The notes below the pieces were generated by a model. It saw only the letters and a list, made by a program, of their open reading frames with translations. It was not told the DNA's origin and searched no databases. Positions 1-13,500 of a DNA stretch of 64,000 nt are shown here, one piece after another (position 1 is the first letter of the stretch; each line of letters begins with the position of its first letter). Source of the DNA: Botryllus schlosseri (Eukaryota). The position numbers and the translations under genes were made by a program. The stretch spans positions 3,782,001 to 3,846,000 of the forward strand of contig CM119375.1 of assembly GCA_051294905.1 (NCBI GenBank), written 5' to 3'.

Positions 1-3000
1 AACTCAATTGAAGTGTCCTTTTTATCCACTATACGAAGACTTTCAGGCCGACCAGGCACATCTGTACAATAAATAAGTGAAACCATATAGTTTTCAAGAG
101 AAGCTTTCTATACCTAAATCGTGTTTATATGACATCTTTAAATAAATGAAAAAATGATAAAAATACATACCAATTGGATCTTGACACAGAACTGAAGGAC
201 ATTCTACCCAGGGTCCTTTGCCCATTGCATTTTCTGCACAAACTCTAAACGCATAGCTTGCAGCCTCATGGACATTGGTAACATCCATGTTGAACTATTG
301 GGAGATAAAATACATTTCATAAAAGACTTGAGAATAAATGAGATTGAGCTACCTTTTCCACTGAGCCCACACTAAGCCACGCCTTCATCGTGATGTCACG
401 TTTCTCAACGTGATATTTCTTTATTGGTCTTCCGCCGTCGTCCAAAGGTGACCTCCATTTTAATCCGATCATCGATTTAGTTACTGCGCCGGTCTTGAAT
501 TCCTGTAGAAAAGATGGTTTGAGAACCTTCAAAGCTGCAGCTACCGGATGGATACATTTTGAAATATATTTTTATTAAAATTGTAAAATCAATTCAAAAA
601 CACCAAAATATTGCAGCAATGTATTGTTCCTACCTAGGTCACAACATCGAAATACTAGGATTGTACACAAAATTATAAAACGGCAATCCAATATTAAATT
701 CAATTTTGTGATCTGATGCTCATAATTACATGGAAATAGTCTGAAAACATCAAAAGATTGGTGAATTGATTAACGCCTACCTAAATCTCAACGTCAAAAT
801 ATGATTCTTCGGTCTAAAGGTATATAACAGTAATCCAACACTAAACTCAAATCTTGTGATTCGATACTCCCAATTCAATGGAGTGCTAATATCATTTCAG
901 CAAATTATTGAGCCTTGGAACAATTTTCCTTACCACAACTTCCCCAGGAACATCGAGAACGTTGACCGTACAAGTCACGAATTTAGAGCCAGAAGAATTT
1001 TTTGCCGTGACTTTATATTCGCCCCAGTCCGACCGCTTGCACTTCCGGACTGTGACTGTACTTCCTGTCAAATGTAACCAATATTAGCTGTGTCACGACA
1101 AAACTGATACCAGACACCTACCGTCTTCAGTTTTCTTTACAAAAGCGCGATCCGAAAGTTCTTCTCCCAATCCTTTAGTCCAAGTAATGTCAGGGTACGG
1201 TCTGCCGGTTACGATCGCCGGAATTTCGAATGTCTTCCCGGCGTCTACAGTTACGCCGTTCATCACAGATGCGTCCAAATCAACAGTGGGTGCCACTACG
1301 TTTAAAAGAATCATCATTATTGAAGTGGCCTTGTTATCAGGTGCATATGCAGACGAACCTCCGTTCATCATATTGAATTAGTTTAAGCAGAGTGACTAGA
1401 TGATTAACTAGCACAACACTTGTATAACAGTAACAGAATGTCTATAATTTTAGTATATGATATTTGGAATACTATTTTCAAAGATTCTATCTAAATGTAG
1501 CCACGTTAGTCACTTTGCGCTGGTCGCGAAGATGCATTTTGCGATCTCATAAGTAGCCAACTCTGACAACCTGATCAAAGTGTGCAAACCCACGACCTGC
1601 ATGTGAACCTACATATTATATCTTCATTTTCTACATCTACTTGAAGCAGTTAGTTACTAGTTCTACTTTTCAGTGTAAATTTATGGCAACACTTCTACTA
1701 CTATATGAGTATAGACTCTGACTACTTCATGAGCACTTCCGATAATAGCATATTTGATTTCTTAACAAACTAAATTACTATAGAATTCATACCTGTTTTC
1801 TCTCTAGCCGCCATTTCCGGCAGTGACACTGGAAGGCTTTCGCCAGCCCTGTTACAAGCCTTCATTCTAAACAAGTACATCCGTCCGGAAGACAAGTTCT
1901 CGATATTGTAAGACAGAGTTTTCAAGTTTTTATCGTTGCATCTACTCCAAGATCCGTCCTCAAGCCTTTGTTCGATGACATACGATATATTCGAGTCACC
2001 GCCATCTGAGGTTGGCTTGTCCCAAGCGAGTAATATGGATGTGTTGGTAGTGTCTTCCACGCACGGATTTTGTGGAGGTGATGGTTTAGTTACGGGGTTC
2101 TCACAAGTAACCGCTTCGCTCGGCAAACTGAATTTGCCGAGGCCGCATCCGTTTTCGGCGCAGACGCGGAATTGATAGGTAACCCCTTCTGTTATATCAG
2201 ATGTTATCTGAAAATTGGAGATAGTTTCGAATAACTGATGCCTGAAATTGTGAATTATCGCTACATCCCGCCTGATTATACATTTTTTCGCCAATAATAT
2301 CAAGTCGATACCACAATTTCAATGAAATATCAATATCAGACACCAGAGGTAAAAAATAGCGCTAATTTTCGTTAAGACACCACATGGTGTAAGGGGGTTA
2401 GAGACCTATAATATGCAGCTGAATAGTATATTCATATTGAAATGAACCCGAATATTTTCAGCCGACACTCGTCAGGAGTAATCGTCAGCAACTAGTAGAG
2501 AATTCGAAAGAACAGCGTATATCAACAATCGTAACACAAAATATGACGTCACCAGCACGAAATGTCGAATACTAGCGATACCTAGCGATTGTTGATATAC
2601 GCTGTTCTTTCGAATTCTCTACTAGTTGCTGATGATTACTCCTGACGAGTGTCGGCCGAAAATATTCGGGTTCATTTCAATATGAATATACTATTCAATT
2701 GTATATTGAAGTTCTGTACCTCAAAGAAGCTGTTCAAAATACTGGAAATCAGGGTTGTAATGACTCGAGTCATGACTCGACTCGAGTCCGACTCGAGTCA
2801 CGATTTTCGGATGGCTCGACTCGACTCGAGTCATTTTCTCCAAATACGGAAATGACTCGACTCGAGTCAGTCTGTGTATTGACTCGACTTGGACTTGAGT
2901 CATTGCGCATGACTCGAAGCAAGTCATTGACTCGAGATTCAGACAGCCAAGACCGGCATTTCATTGTAATTTCGAAGCCAACACACTATTGCGATTTCGT

Positions 3001-6000
3001 TTGTTGGTACTGGTGCTTGAAAATGGGACCAGAAACCGCTAAAAGTGAGGAAAATTGGTATATTATAAATGCGAACCATTCAATATCACCATACAGAGTT
3101 ATAAAAAGTGGGTTTAGGATAACTTTAACTGGAAACTGAGCAGTCAACACAATGACTTGCACTCGGACTCGAGTCATGATACCATGACTCGGACTCGATC
3201 CTCTGTTCGCTGACTTGGACTCGGACTTGACTCAGTGGAAATTAAAAATGACTCGACTTGACTCGAGTCAAAAATATAAAAGTGAGATTGACTTGTGACT
3301 CGGAGCCTTGTGACTTGGTTACAACCCTGCTGGAAATATTGATATATTTCTTATATATATGCAGCTTTTGCAGTTTATGTTATGTTCAATTGCTCAAGCT
3401 TTAGCAATGGCAGTAAGGCTGTTCAAATAAATGGACTGAAGATGTGAAAATGTGCCTTAAGCTAGATACCATTGCTTTTGCATATCTGCTGAATATATCA
3501 AGACTAGCTTAGAAAATAATGTTTGTTGGCGATTAGCTTGAATTAATCCAATAAAATTAGTTTTACTTTGCTCAAAGTTCAGTACAGGAACTAATTTGAT
3601 ATATTAATACACCAAGTAGTCTTATTGACAATCTTATGTTCAGAAGAAACGTATTGACCCTACAACATCACACAGAAAAATAAAGTGTAATACTCTTTAA
3701 ACTTAAGTATCCTTGTCCGTGTTCAAACTGCATCATAATTACCTGGTAGGAGAGATCTCGAATTCTTTCACGAGCAACACGACTCCATCGCGTGGTTTTT
3801 GTATCTTTCTTCTCGAGCCAATATCCGATGATGGTATCCCCACCGTTATTGGGTTCCTCCCATGATACGGTCATGGAATTTTTCGACACATCATCGATGT
3901 CAGGTGCATTTGGTGCATCAGGTGGGTCTAGAAATTTGTATTGAATAATGAAGGAAAAAATTTGGACGTCAACATTAATAGCAAAAAAATCCCGAAAACA
4001 TTACCATTTATTGTAGAAGAAAGTCATTGCAAGGATTGCAATCAAATATGAGCAGATTCGGGTGAGCATTAAAATCTTAATCACCAGAGGGTCAAGTTAA
4101 TTCGAGTAGCTCAAAGAGGCATGAGTTTTTTTTCACAAGCGACTTCCATTTATTCATATATCCATTTAACATATGAGAAATAATTTGAATGAATGATAAG
4201 GATTAAGGAATATGCACAAATAGAGAATCATGAATAAGTCAAGTTGCCTATATAAAACACAAGTTTACATTGATCTATTACAGTTTTTCAGTTAATAGAA
4301 GATATGCGGGTCATGTCAAGTCAATTTAAAATCATCATTATTCAACACTATCAAATCTGCTCACCAAACGGCATCTTAGCAACGTACGGCGCGCTTTCAA
4401 ACCATGGCCCAAGACCGAGTTTATTTTCAGCAGCGGTACGGAAAATGTATTCTTTTCCTTCCATGAGTTTAGTCACTCTCCATTTCGTACCAGACAACGT
4501 GGTCGATACATTGTTCCAAACCTATGAAAAATCGAATGCATAAAGTCTACGGCAATTGAATTATGCACATCTACCATTTCAACCAGAACATTAAAATTTT
4601 CAATTCAAATTGATATAGTCCGAATAAAAAATGTGCACACAATAAGTCGTGAGTTCATCATTTGTAATCATATTCTTATGAATAGACATACCAGAACATG
4701 AACAGCAAACAAACTTAATACGTAAAAAGCAACAAAACATATATAAATAACACATATACAATAATATAAGATATAAATAAGTACGTAGCTATCTGTGTAA
4801 CTTAACAGTTCAGATCACACCATTGATGAGTCATCAGATCAGAACTATTATTACTACCTTTTTGTTACTCTCTCTCATTTGCAAAGTGTAATTTATGATC
4901 TCAGATCCGCCATCGTCTTTCGGCTCCTTCCATTTCAACGTCACCGCTTCTTTCGTAGAGTCTTCATAAGACCACGGAGGTGAACAGATACTCGGAAAGT
5001 CTGAACATTGACCGGACGGTTTATCATTGGAATAGGGAAATACAAAATATCTCATCATACCTAGAACTTTCACATCAACACTATCGGTAGCAGTTCCTTG
5101 ACTGTTCTCAGCGGTAACCACATACTTCCCTTTATTTATGCGATTGGCTTTGGCAATGACCATCTCTGAGTTGTCCTTAGATACCTGTGAAGAGATGTGC
5201 ACAAAATTTTGTATTACATATCATGAATTTTTGTGATGTGTCTGCGCTCATCCAATGTATATGTAATATAAGTTCATATATCACATATTATATATGAAGC
5301 TATATATTATTATATACTTACTCTTATGACATGCTCCTTGCTTTCTGTTATGTCAACATCAGACTCATCGCGGTGCATCCATTTGATTGTTGGCTTCGGA
5401 ACGCCGGAGAAAGTTGCTTTGAGGGTGATAGCCTTACCAGCGCGTACTTCCAAGCCTTGTCGAATTAGAGTATCGAATTCGATTGTTGGAACAGCTGTTG
5501 AATAGGAGAGTTCAATTGAATAAATCTCCGACAAGATGAGAGTGCTTAAAATCCATAAAATATCTGGCTTTAAGTGACTATGTTGACAGAACGTCATTAC
5601 AGTCATAATAGGATTATTAGGGGAATGTTCTGCACAAAATTACCAAGAGGGTCTCTTGCAAGCACTGGTTCGTCCAATTGCGCAAACGGGCTTTGGCCAG
5701 CGTCATTGACAGCAGACACTCGGTAATAATATTCAGCATTCGGAGTAAGTCCTTTTACAACATAACTGCGTTCTCGATGACCTTTAGCCGCCAAAGACCA
5801 GTTCTCAGAGCCCTGATAATGTAACATATTACAATCAAAATTTCCATCGTAAACAGTAAAAATCTGTAGAATTACCTTTTCCACAAATTCCACGTTGTAG
5901 CCAATAATTTTTCCGCCACCATCCGACTCTGGTGCTCTCCAGCTCAAAGTCAAAGTGTTATAGGTAGGATTGGATGATGTGAGATTCAGCGGTACAGACG

Positions 6001-7592
6001 GTGGTACTGAAAACACCATAGATATCAATAGCCATTATGGCAGGTTATAAGAAAAAGTTACCCATCGGGTCTTTGATCAGGATATCGTAGGGAAACTCAG
6101 TGGGTTTGCCAGCGCCGACTTCATTTACAGCAACAATTTTGAAGTTGTACTTCTGATTATTGGTAAGATCATTCACTTTGAGCTCGGTAGATTTAACGCA
6201 CGTTTCCACAGGCATCCAAGTACGCCGTCCTGCATCCCGTCTGAAGCAAATAGTAAAATAAAACCAAGTTAGTAACGCAACAGCAATAATACAAGTGCAA
6301 TCTAACTTGATGAGGGCAGTTTTAGAACAGAGCTTTTTCGTACTTTGCGACATTGTTGTGGGTTGATCACGAAATCACATATATATCATTTCCACTAACT
6401 TGTGTAGCTTTGTAATACGTATTTTTTCCTAGTTGTGTAGCCATGATATATGATATCATGATGGATATGAATGACATTGAAGTCTTACTGAATGTCAATT
6501 GAGATTTCATACCTTTCAACAGTATAGTGTGTTATTTCAGTTCCGCCGTTGTCTTGAGGTTCCTTCCAAGTCAACAGGCATGAATCTTTCCTGACGTCGG
6601 TAGCTTGCAATTCTTCACATACGCCGGGAGAATCTGAGAACAAAATGCTGCTTAAGCCAAATACATTGGGGATAGAAGCATGAAATTACCGATGACTTTG
6701 ACTTGACATGAAGCCACGCATGTGTCCACTCTGTTAGAGACAGTTATTTGATATCGTCCTCCTTCATTACGTGAGCAAACAGGAATAAATATGACGGCAA
6801 CGCCTTCTTCCACAGATGCCTGCAAGTGTAGTAGGATTTTTGGAAATGATTTAAGGTTTTAAAATTAATTGTTATATGAATGAAATAGAAAATGTTTATA
6901 GCTTTAAATACAACGTCTATTGCAGTAAAACATTACCCACTACAACAAGACTTTTCAGGTGTGTCTTTACATAAGTAGGTTACATTATATAATGGTAGTT
7001 ACATTATATAATGGTAGGTACATAAGTTCAATCTTTCAATAATTTCATTATTTCAAAAACACAACAATAGCGCGATAAAATGAAAAGACAGGAAGGAGTT
7101 GAAATGGCTTGGAGCCTTATTTTAATCCAGCACTCACCTTTGAAAGCAGCTAAATAAGAGACATACACACCGAATAAAAAGTAACATATTATAATATAAA
7201 AGGGAAAGCGATTAAAATGACGGGCATGCGTCAATATGTGAAATATATGTCAAATTGTGGTCAGTTGTTCTCGAGCTTGGAATAGTATTCATTCAGTTTA
7301 ATTCACATCAGTTTTATTAATCATTTCACTACTTCAAAGCACCACAAGATTTCGATGAAGGTAAAAGTTAGGAAGAGTCAACGACTAGGAGTAGTCTTTC
7401 AATAAAGCATACCGATCTCGGCCTACAAGAAATAGAAGAAATAACAACTTACCTTCACGGTATCTAACAAATTCTCATCGTCAAATTTCCAAGACACCGT
7501 CGGGACAGGAAATCCATCGATGGCCGCTCTAAGTCTCAATTTCTTTCCTGCAACAACCGTGACGTTGCTCTCGAGTTGACAAGTCGGGGCAG
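1..7592 (-). CDS. TTN: Start of A-band D-zone: Ig-Fn3-Fn3-Ig-Fn3-Fn3-Fn3 then Ig-Fn3-Fn3(partial)
   Basis: Exons 7453-7592, 6690-6819, 6513-6633, 6062-6240, 5876-6006, 5644-5812, 5322-5494, 5061-5184, 4858-5000, 4365-4521, 3743-3927, 1793-2207, 1122-1295, 934-1064, 353-502, 171-294, 1-61. Confidence 0.9.
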
Positions 7593-10500
7593 CTGTTAAA
7601 TCACACATGATGACGCATATATCAAAATCAGTTACTAAGATACAAATAGGCGTACCATCCGCCCTTTGAGCAGTTACTGGGCCTGTTTCAGGACTGGCAT
7701 CACCGATTCCGGCTGAGTTAGCCGCTCTGACTCTGAATTGGTAAGTTCTGCCTTCTCGCAAGCCTGTGACTTCGCCGGTTGCGTTGACAAACGGTTGAAC
7801 GTTGCATCTAGTCCAGTCATTGCTACCAGCCAAGCAGCGTTCAATGTAATAGCCTTCAATCTTATCCCCACCGTCTGAGACGGGCGATTTCCAGGATAGG
7901 GAAACTGAAGTCGTAGTGAATGATTCCACGTTGATATCACGCGGTGACGCGGGCGTCTCTGTTGTAATAAAAAACTCTTTTTTCCAAAATGCAGAGTATA
8001 AAAAGAATTATTTTATCCTAAAAAAGTATTGAGGGGAAGTAAAAGTGGTCAAAAGCATGAACACCTCAATAGATGGTAAAAGTAGGCAAAACCAACTTTG
8101 GTATTTCGAAAAAGTAGATGTACCTCATTACTGACGACAAGGGTTGTTCAAAAATTATTTTTTTTGGTTTCCATGGATTCACTGATTAAATTGTTAGGTT
8201 GCCTAAAAAATCGTCACAAAACAACTTTGACCCAATCACAACTGCTAGATGTGAACGTGTATACGAGATTGAGACAAGATTGTTTAGCATCGTTCTTTTA
8301 GTCAACGTAACAATTTCATGGGGTTGACAGTACAATTTGAATTTTTTTTAATATTTTAATTCTACATTCGAAATTTTCAAACCGCTATGCGTTCACATTT
8401 ACCAGTTGGAATCGGGCAAACTTTTGTGAGCAGCTTTGTTTTTCGCAACCTAAAAATTCGATCAGTGAATCCCCGCAATCGAGAAAGAGAAGTTATTTTT
8501 GTACAAAGTTATTGACCTCATCCGAATTGAAGTATCCTAGTGACTAATTTGTTTACGATAGTCTGTTTCAATACCCGAGATTTTGATGGTATATGTACAG
8601 TTGTACACATTGTACACAGTCGTTTGCCTCGGTTAATGCTCATTTGTCAAGACTTGTGTTTAACAGTTGAAAATTCACTAACCGATGGGATCTCTGACTG
8701 TTATGAGGTCAGAAGGCTCGCTGGGCGCACCCATTCCAGCTTCGTTTTCAGCACTGACAGTGAATTGTACTTGTGTGTTCTCCTTCAACGCACACGCCTA
8801 CATATCAAACGAAAAGAATTACATCAATTCAGATATCTTATTGGTATGTAATGTAACACCAAAGAAAGGAATGCTAAACTAAACAAAATGTATTTACAAA
8901 TACCTTAAAAACGCAGTCTGCATTTCCAGTGTCACCAATTTTGACCCAGTTCCTTGAGGGAAGCTCCAGCATTTTAACAATGTAGTTGGTTATCGGGGCA
9001 CCCCCATCAAAGATAGGTTCTCTCCAAACCAAAGAAACATGCTCCTTCGACACTTCGCTACTTTTAACAGTACGGGGTGGATCAGGTACTTCTGCAGATG
9101 TAAAACTCTGTGTTGTACAAGAGATTGATTTCTACACCTGATAACTTACTGAACATGCATACAGCAGCAATCGGTTCACTTTCGGTCCAACCGCTCTGTC
9201 CGATAGCGTTGATGGCGCATACGCGGAATTCATATTTGTTATCTTCGGTTAGGTCAGTAACGACGTATTCTTCAGTAGGTACTGCCTGGATATCCAAACA
9301 GGATTGGTGAGTTACAAACAAGTGAACATTACTGATTTATCAGTAATTCTTAGTCACATAGAATATCAGAGAAAGTCATGGCATTGACGAATGATCGCAA
9401 GAATAAAATAAATGCAGAATCGTAAAATATTACTGAAATCGTTAGGATTTGACAGTTCAACCCAAAATTTCATTGCTTTCTAAACATCATGGCAAAGTCT
9501 ATGAAAGATCAAATTATACCATCGGATGATAACAAAATGTCTATAGCTCGTTCACTTCGAATTGTACTTATGACTCAATAGTTCAACGAAATGGATCTCC
9601 ATCGACTACGGTATGTGATAACACAATTGTCATAAAAACAATTATCGCATCATTGCATTATTGTATTTAGAAACAACTTGGCAAAGTGTGCTAAAGATTA
9701 AAACATAGATCTAGAACGAATGATAAAATTACGTATAAAACTAGTAGATTTGAAATTGAACTGCGAATAGGTTACATGGATGTATTTGGAGAAAATTGTG
9801 TCGTAGCCGTGAAATAACACATAGAATATCGACAGGAGGATGGCAATCAAATTTTCACCTTTGAAACATCATGCCATACTTGACGCCGCATCTGTCTAGA
9901 TTGCAGATAATACCCGGTAATTTCACTTCCACCGTCGTTGATAGGTTTTTGCCAGCGAATTTTTATGGTAGTTTTGGTTGTTCCGGCCGCTTTTAGATCA
10001 GTCGGAGCATCCGGACTCTTAAGTTTTGGCTTGCATATCACTGCTTCTGATTCTTCCGAGAGCTCCGATTGGCCAGCTCGATTGAGCGCGCACACCCTTT
10101 AGTTTGAACACCAGCGTTAAAATATATTTCTGTGTGATGATTCAGGAAGAAAGAGTTGAAATGCGCACTCAGAGGGAAAGTGTCCGAATAAAGCAGTTTC
10201 AAGTAATAGTTTGGCGTACAGTATCTAAAATCCATGCTGTAATCAGTCCGTAATGTATCAGGTAATCTTTCCTAATCCTTAGTTTCCAATCACTATTTCA
10301 TTGATGAAGTAATAATTATTATAATATATTCATATTGAAATGAACCGGAATATATCCGGCTGACACTCGTCAAGGATACTTCAGCAACTAGTAGAGAATT
10401 AAAAGTAGTATTGTATATCAACAATCATACCACCAACTATTAGCACTGGCATGAAAATTTGAGTAATCGAGGCGAACAGATGGCTTAAGCTCACTACATG

Positions 10501-13500
10501 TATTTGATGATATGATTGTTGATATACAATGAAATTGTTCCTGACTGAGCTCATCAATTGCTATATTCACGATGCATGCTGACTGCTGAGTTTGCAGTTA
10601 GTAAAAGTCCTACGCATATAGTTGTCAAGAAAATATAGACTCACTTGAAGGAATAGTGATACTTCAAAGGCACTAAATCCGACACTGTGCATTCGCAATC
10701 GGTGATATTCTTTTCCCAAGGAGCATATTCCTCCTCCCAAGCATCCTTCTCCACTTCTTTCTTCCTCATCATAATCACGTATCCCGTTATCTGACTACCT
10801 CCGTTGGAGTCTGGTACACGCCATCTCAATTTGCAAGTGTCTTTGGTGATCTGAAATAGGTTCACATCGTCGAGCATTCTAGGAATTCTCCTTGTGAGGT
10901 ATGCAAAGCTTACATCCATGATATTCGGTTTGCCTGGTTTGCTGGGCGGTTTTATCGGGTCCGATGCTTTGACAAGGGGCGAGACCTCACTTGGTTTGCT
11001 CATGCCCGCAATATTTTCGGCGTACACCCTGAAATAAAAGTAACATCATTTTTTTGCGAATTTAGAGCTCTGCACAAAGACTCAGTACTTGAATCTGAGT
11101 CAAGTATTAATTGTAATGATTAGCGTCAAGATGGATAACAGATTATGTTGAGTAAGAGAAATATGCCCCTAATGTTAAGAGTAACATTTTATGAAAACAA
11201 CAAAATAAAACTTCAATGCTGTATTTCCGTCGTAGTCGCCTTGAAACCTAACCGTGGCTAGGCATCGAAAAACCTTTATAAAAAGCTAATTAATATTCAT
11301 GGAACAATATCCCTCCCAAGCAGTGATCGGGCCCGACACAATGACCTCAAAGCCTAACGAAATGGTCGAGTTCCAGGAATACAAAATTATCTTGAATGAC
11401 ATATGTAGTCGGCATTACTTTCGTTGTGGCCAAGATAAGTACTTGAACCTTTTCAAGTCAATATCACCGTTATGACGTTATAATAAGTGATACTAGAATA
11501 CGAAAATTGACTAGACTTTGCTCGGTACATGTTAAAAATAAAAGCCGGAACCGTATTCTAGCCACAACACATTCAAATGAAGAAATATCTGTATTATTGC
11601 TACCTTCAACACCAATTCTAATCATACCTGAACGAATACTCTTTTCCTTTGCTCAAATTACTCAGCTTATGGGATAACGTGTCACCGCTAAATGGCTCTT
11701 TGTTGATCTTCACCCAAGGTCCTGTGACGCCAGTCCGGATTTCCAGGTAATATCCGGCAATAACACTTCCACCATCGTCAGCCGGCTCATTCCATGTCAC
11801 AGTCATTGATTTACGTGTGACATCGTGAACCACGGGACAGTCTGGGGGACTCGGTGGGTTAAAAGGGTATTTGGCTGTTACGACTGGTGATGCTGTGGGA
11901 TCACCGACACCGATCTCATTCACTGCCGAAATCTGAATAGAAATCAAGTTATAAATATAGAGTTTCAAATAAAAAATTGATGAAAAAAAAGTTGAACTAA
12001 ACTATTACAGAATTTCAACATACAATTGAATAATATATTCATATTGAAATAAAACCGAATATTTTTGGCAAAGACTCATCAGGAGTAATAGTCAGAAACT
12101 AGTAAAGAAAAGGAAACAGCAATTTTATATCATATATGACGTCACAGACCTTCAAATATATAAAAAATTAAAATTCAAACATATTTTTTACCTTGAATTC
12201 GTATTCTCTATTCTTGATCAAATTCGTCACATCAAAATGCGCGATATCGCTTTTGATGTCGTCGGCAAGTTTGGTCCATAGCTTCCTACCAGCTTCCCTC
12301 CTTTCGAGGATATACTTTGAAATCGGACATCCCCCATCATCAATAGGGCCCTTCCAAACTATCTTGCAGGTTGTATTCGTCATATCTTCCACATCTAGAA
12401 TTTAATACAAAATATGGATTTTGATGCAAAAGAGTGAAAGTGAGAGATACTATCATTATTTGACAACTATGCAAATCAGAAGCATATATTATAAAATTGC
12501 AATTGAATGACATTAGATATTGAGGTGAACAAGCTATAGAAGGGAGTCTTGATATAACATCATCATAAAATCCGAGCCACATATGCCAGGAGTATCTCAC
12601 TACAGAGGTGGATACACTTGAAACTTTCAATAGATTTACTTAACTACATATATAGAAAAAAAATGGAATATAATTAGAATCTAAATGAAAAACATAATGT
12701 CTATGGTCATTTGCCGATTGCAAAAAAGAATAATTTAGCAATAGCTTCAGAGGAGAGGGTAAAAGAGGTATTTTTGAAACTCACAAGAAGGTAACATAGC
12801 AGTTTGAAACAAGTCAATGAATTCGTGTGAATATTCAATAACTTAATATTAAGTAAAGAAACATGTAAATTAACAAAAGACAAGTAAATATACATTTCCA
12901 TACCGATTACATTTGGTGGTCCAGGTTTGTCAAGCACGACAATGTTGCAGTGGGCTGATGCTTTGCCATGTTCGTTTTGTACAAAAATGGTGTACTCGCC
13001 GGAATCTCCACGTTTGGTCTGTAAATTAAAGTATGTTATAGACAAACAAAAAAGATATATGCATGTATATATATGACAATTGTATGTATATATATATGAA
13101 ATGACCTTACCATTAGCAGTCGTAGTGCACTTCCGTTTGTAGTTTGGTCAATATTGATACGATCGTTAGGAGTTATTGCAGCATTGTTACAAGTCCATCT
13201 TGTGGTTGGAGCAGGTCGGCCTGACACTGTGGCAGTAACGTCAATACTGGTTCCAGCGCGGACCTTATATCCTTTGCAGGATTCCTCGTCCAGTATGACT
13301 TTGGGAGCAGCTGAAGAATTATTTGTAAAGTTGTAAATTAGATAGAATGATTGAATAGTATATTCATATTGAAATAAGGCTAATTATTCACGTCTGGCAC
13401 TTGTAAGATGGTGCATCTAAAAATAGTAAATTGATCTTAAGCGATCTCTTCGCCCTGATTATTCTAAATTCCGTGCTGGTGATGTCATCATTTGTGATCA

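Noticed and set aside
2750-3329. GACTCGAGTC repeats as a CRISPR array, or ORFs 2699..3139 and 2721..2927 as genes
   Set aside because: Repeats are short, irregularly spaced and bounded by TIRs and an 8-bp TSD; the DNA is eukaryotic; the ORFs are low-complexity by-products of the repeats.
5001-5060. In-frame DKPSGQ suggesting a non-canonical TG acceptor
   Set aside because: The canonical ttcAG acceptor before 5000 gives DFPSICSPPWSYEDSTK, the right length for an Fn3 N-terminus.
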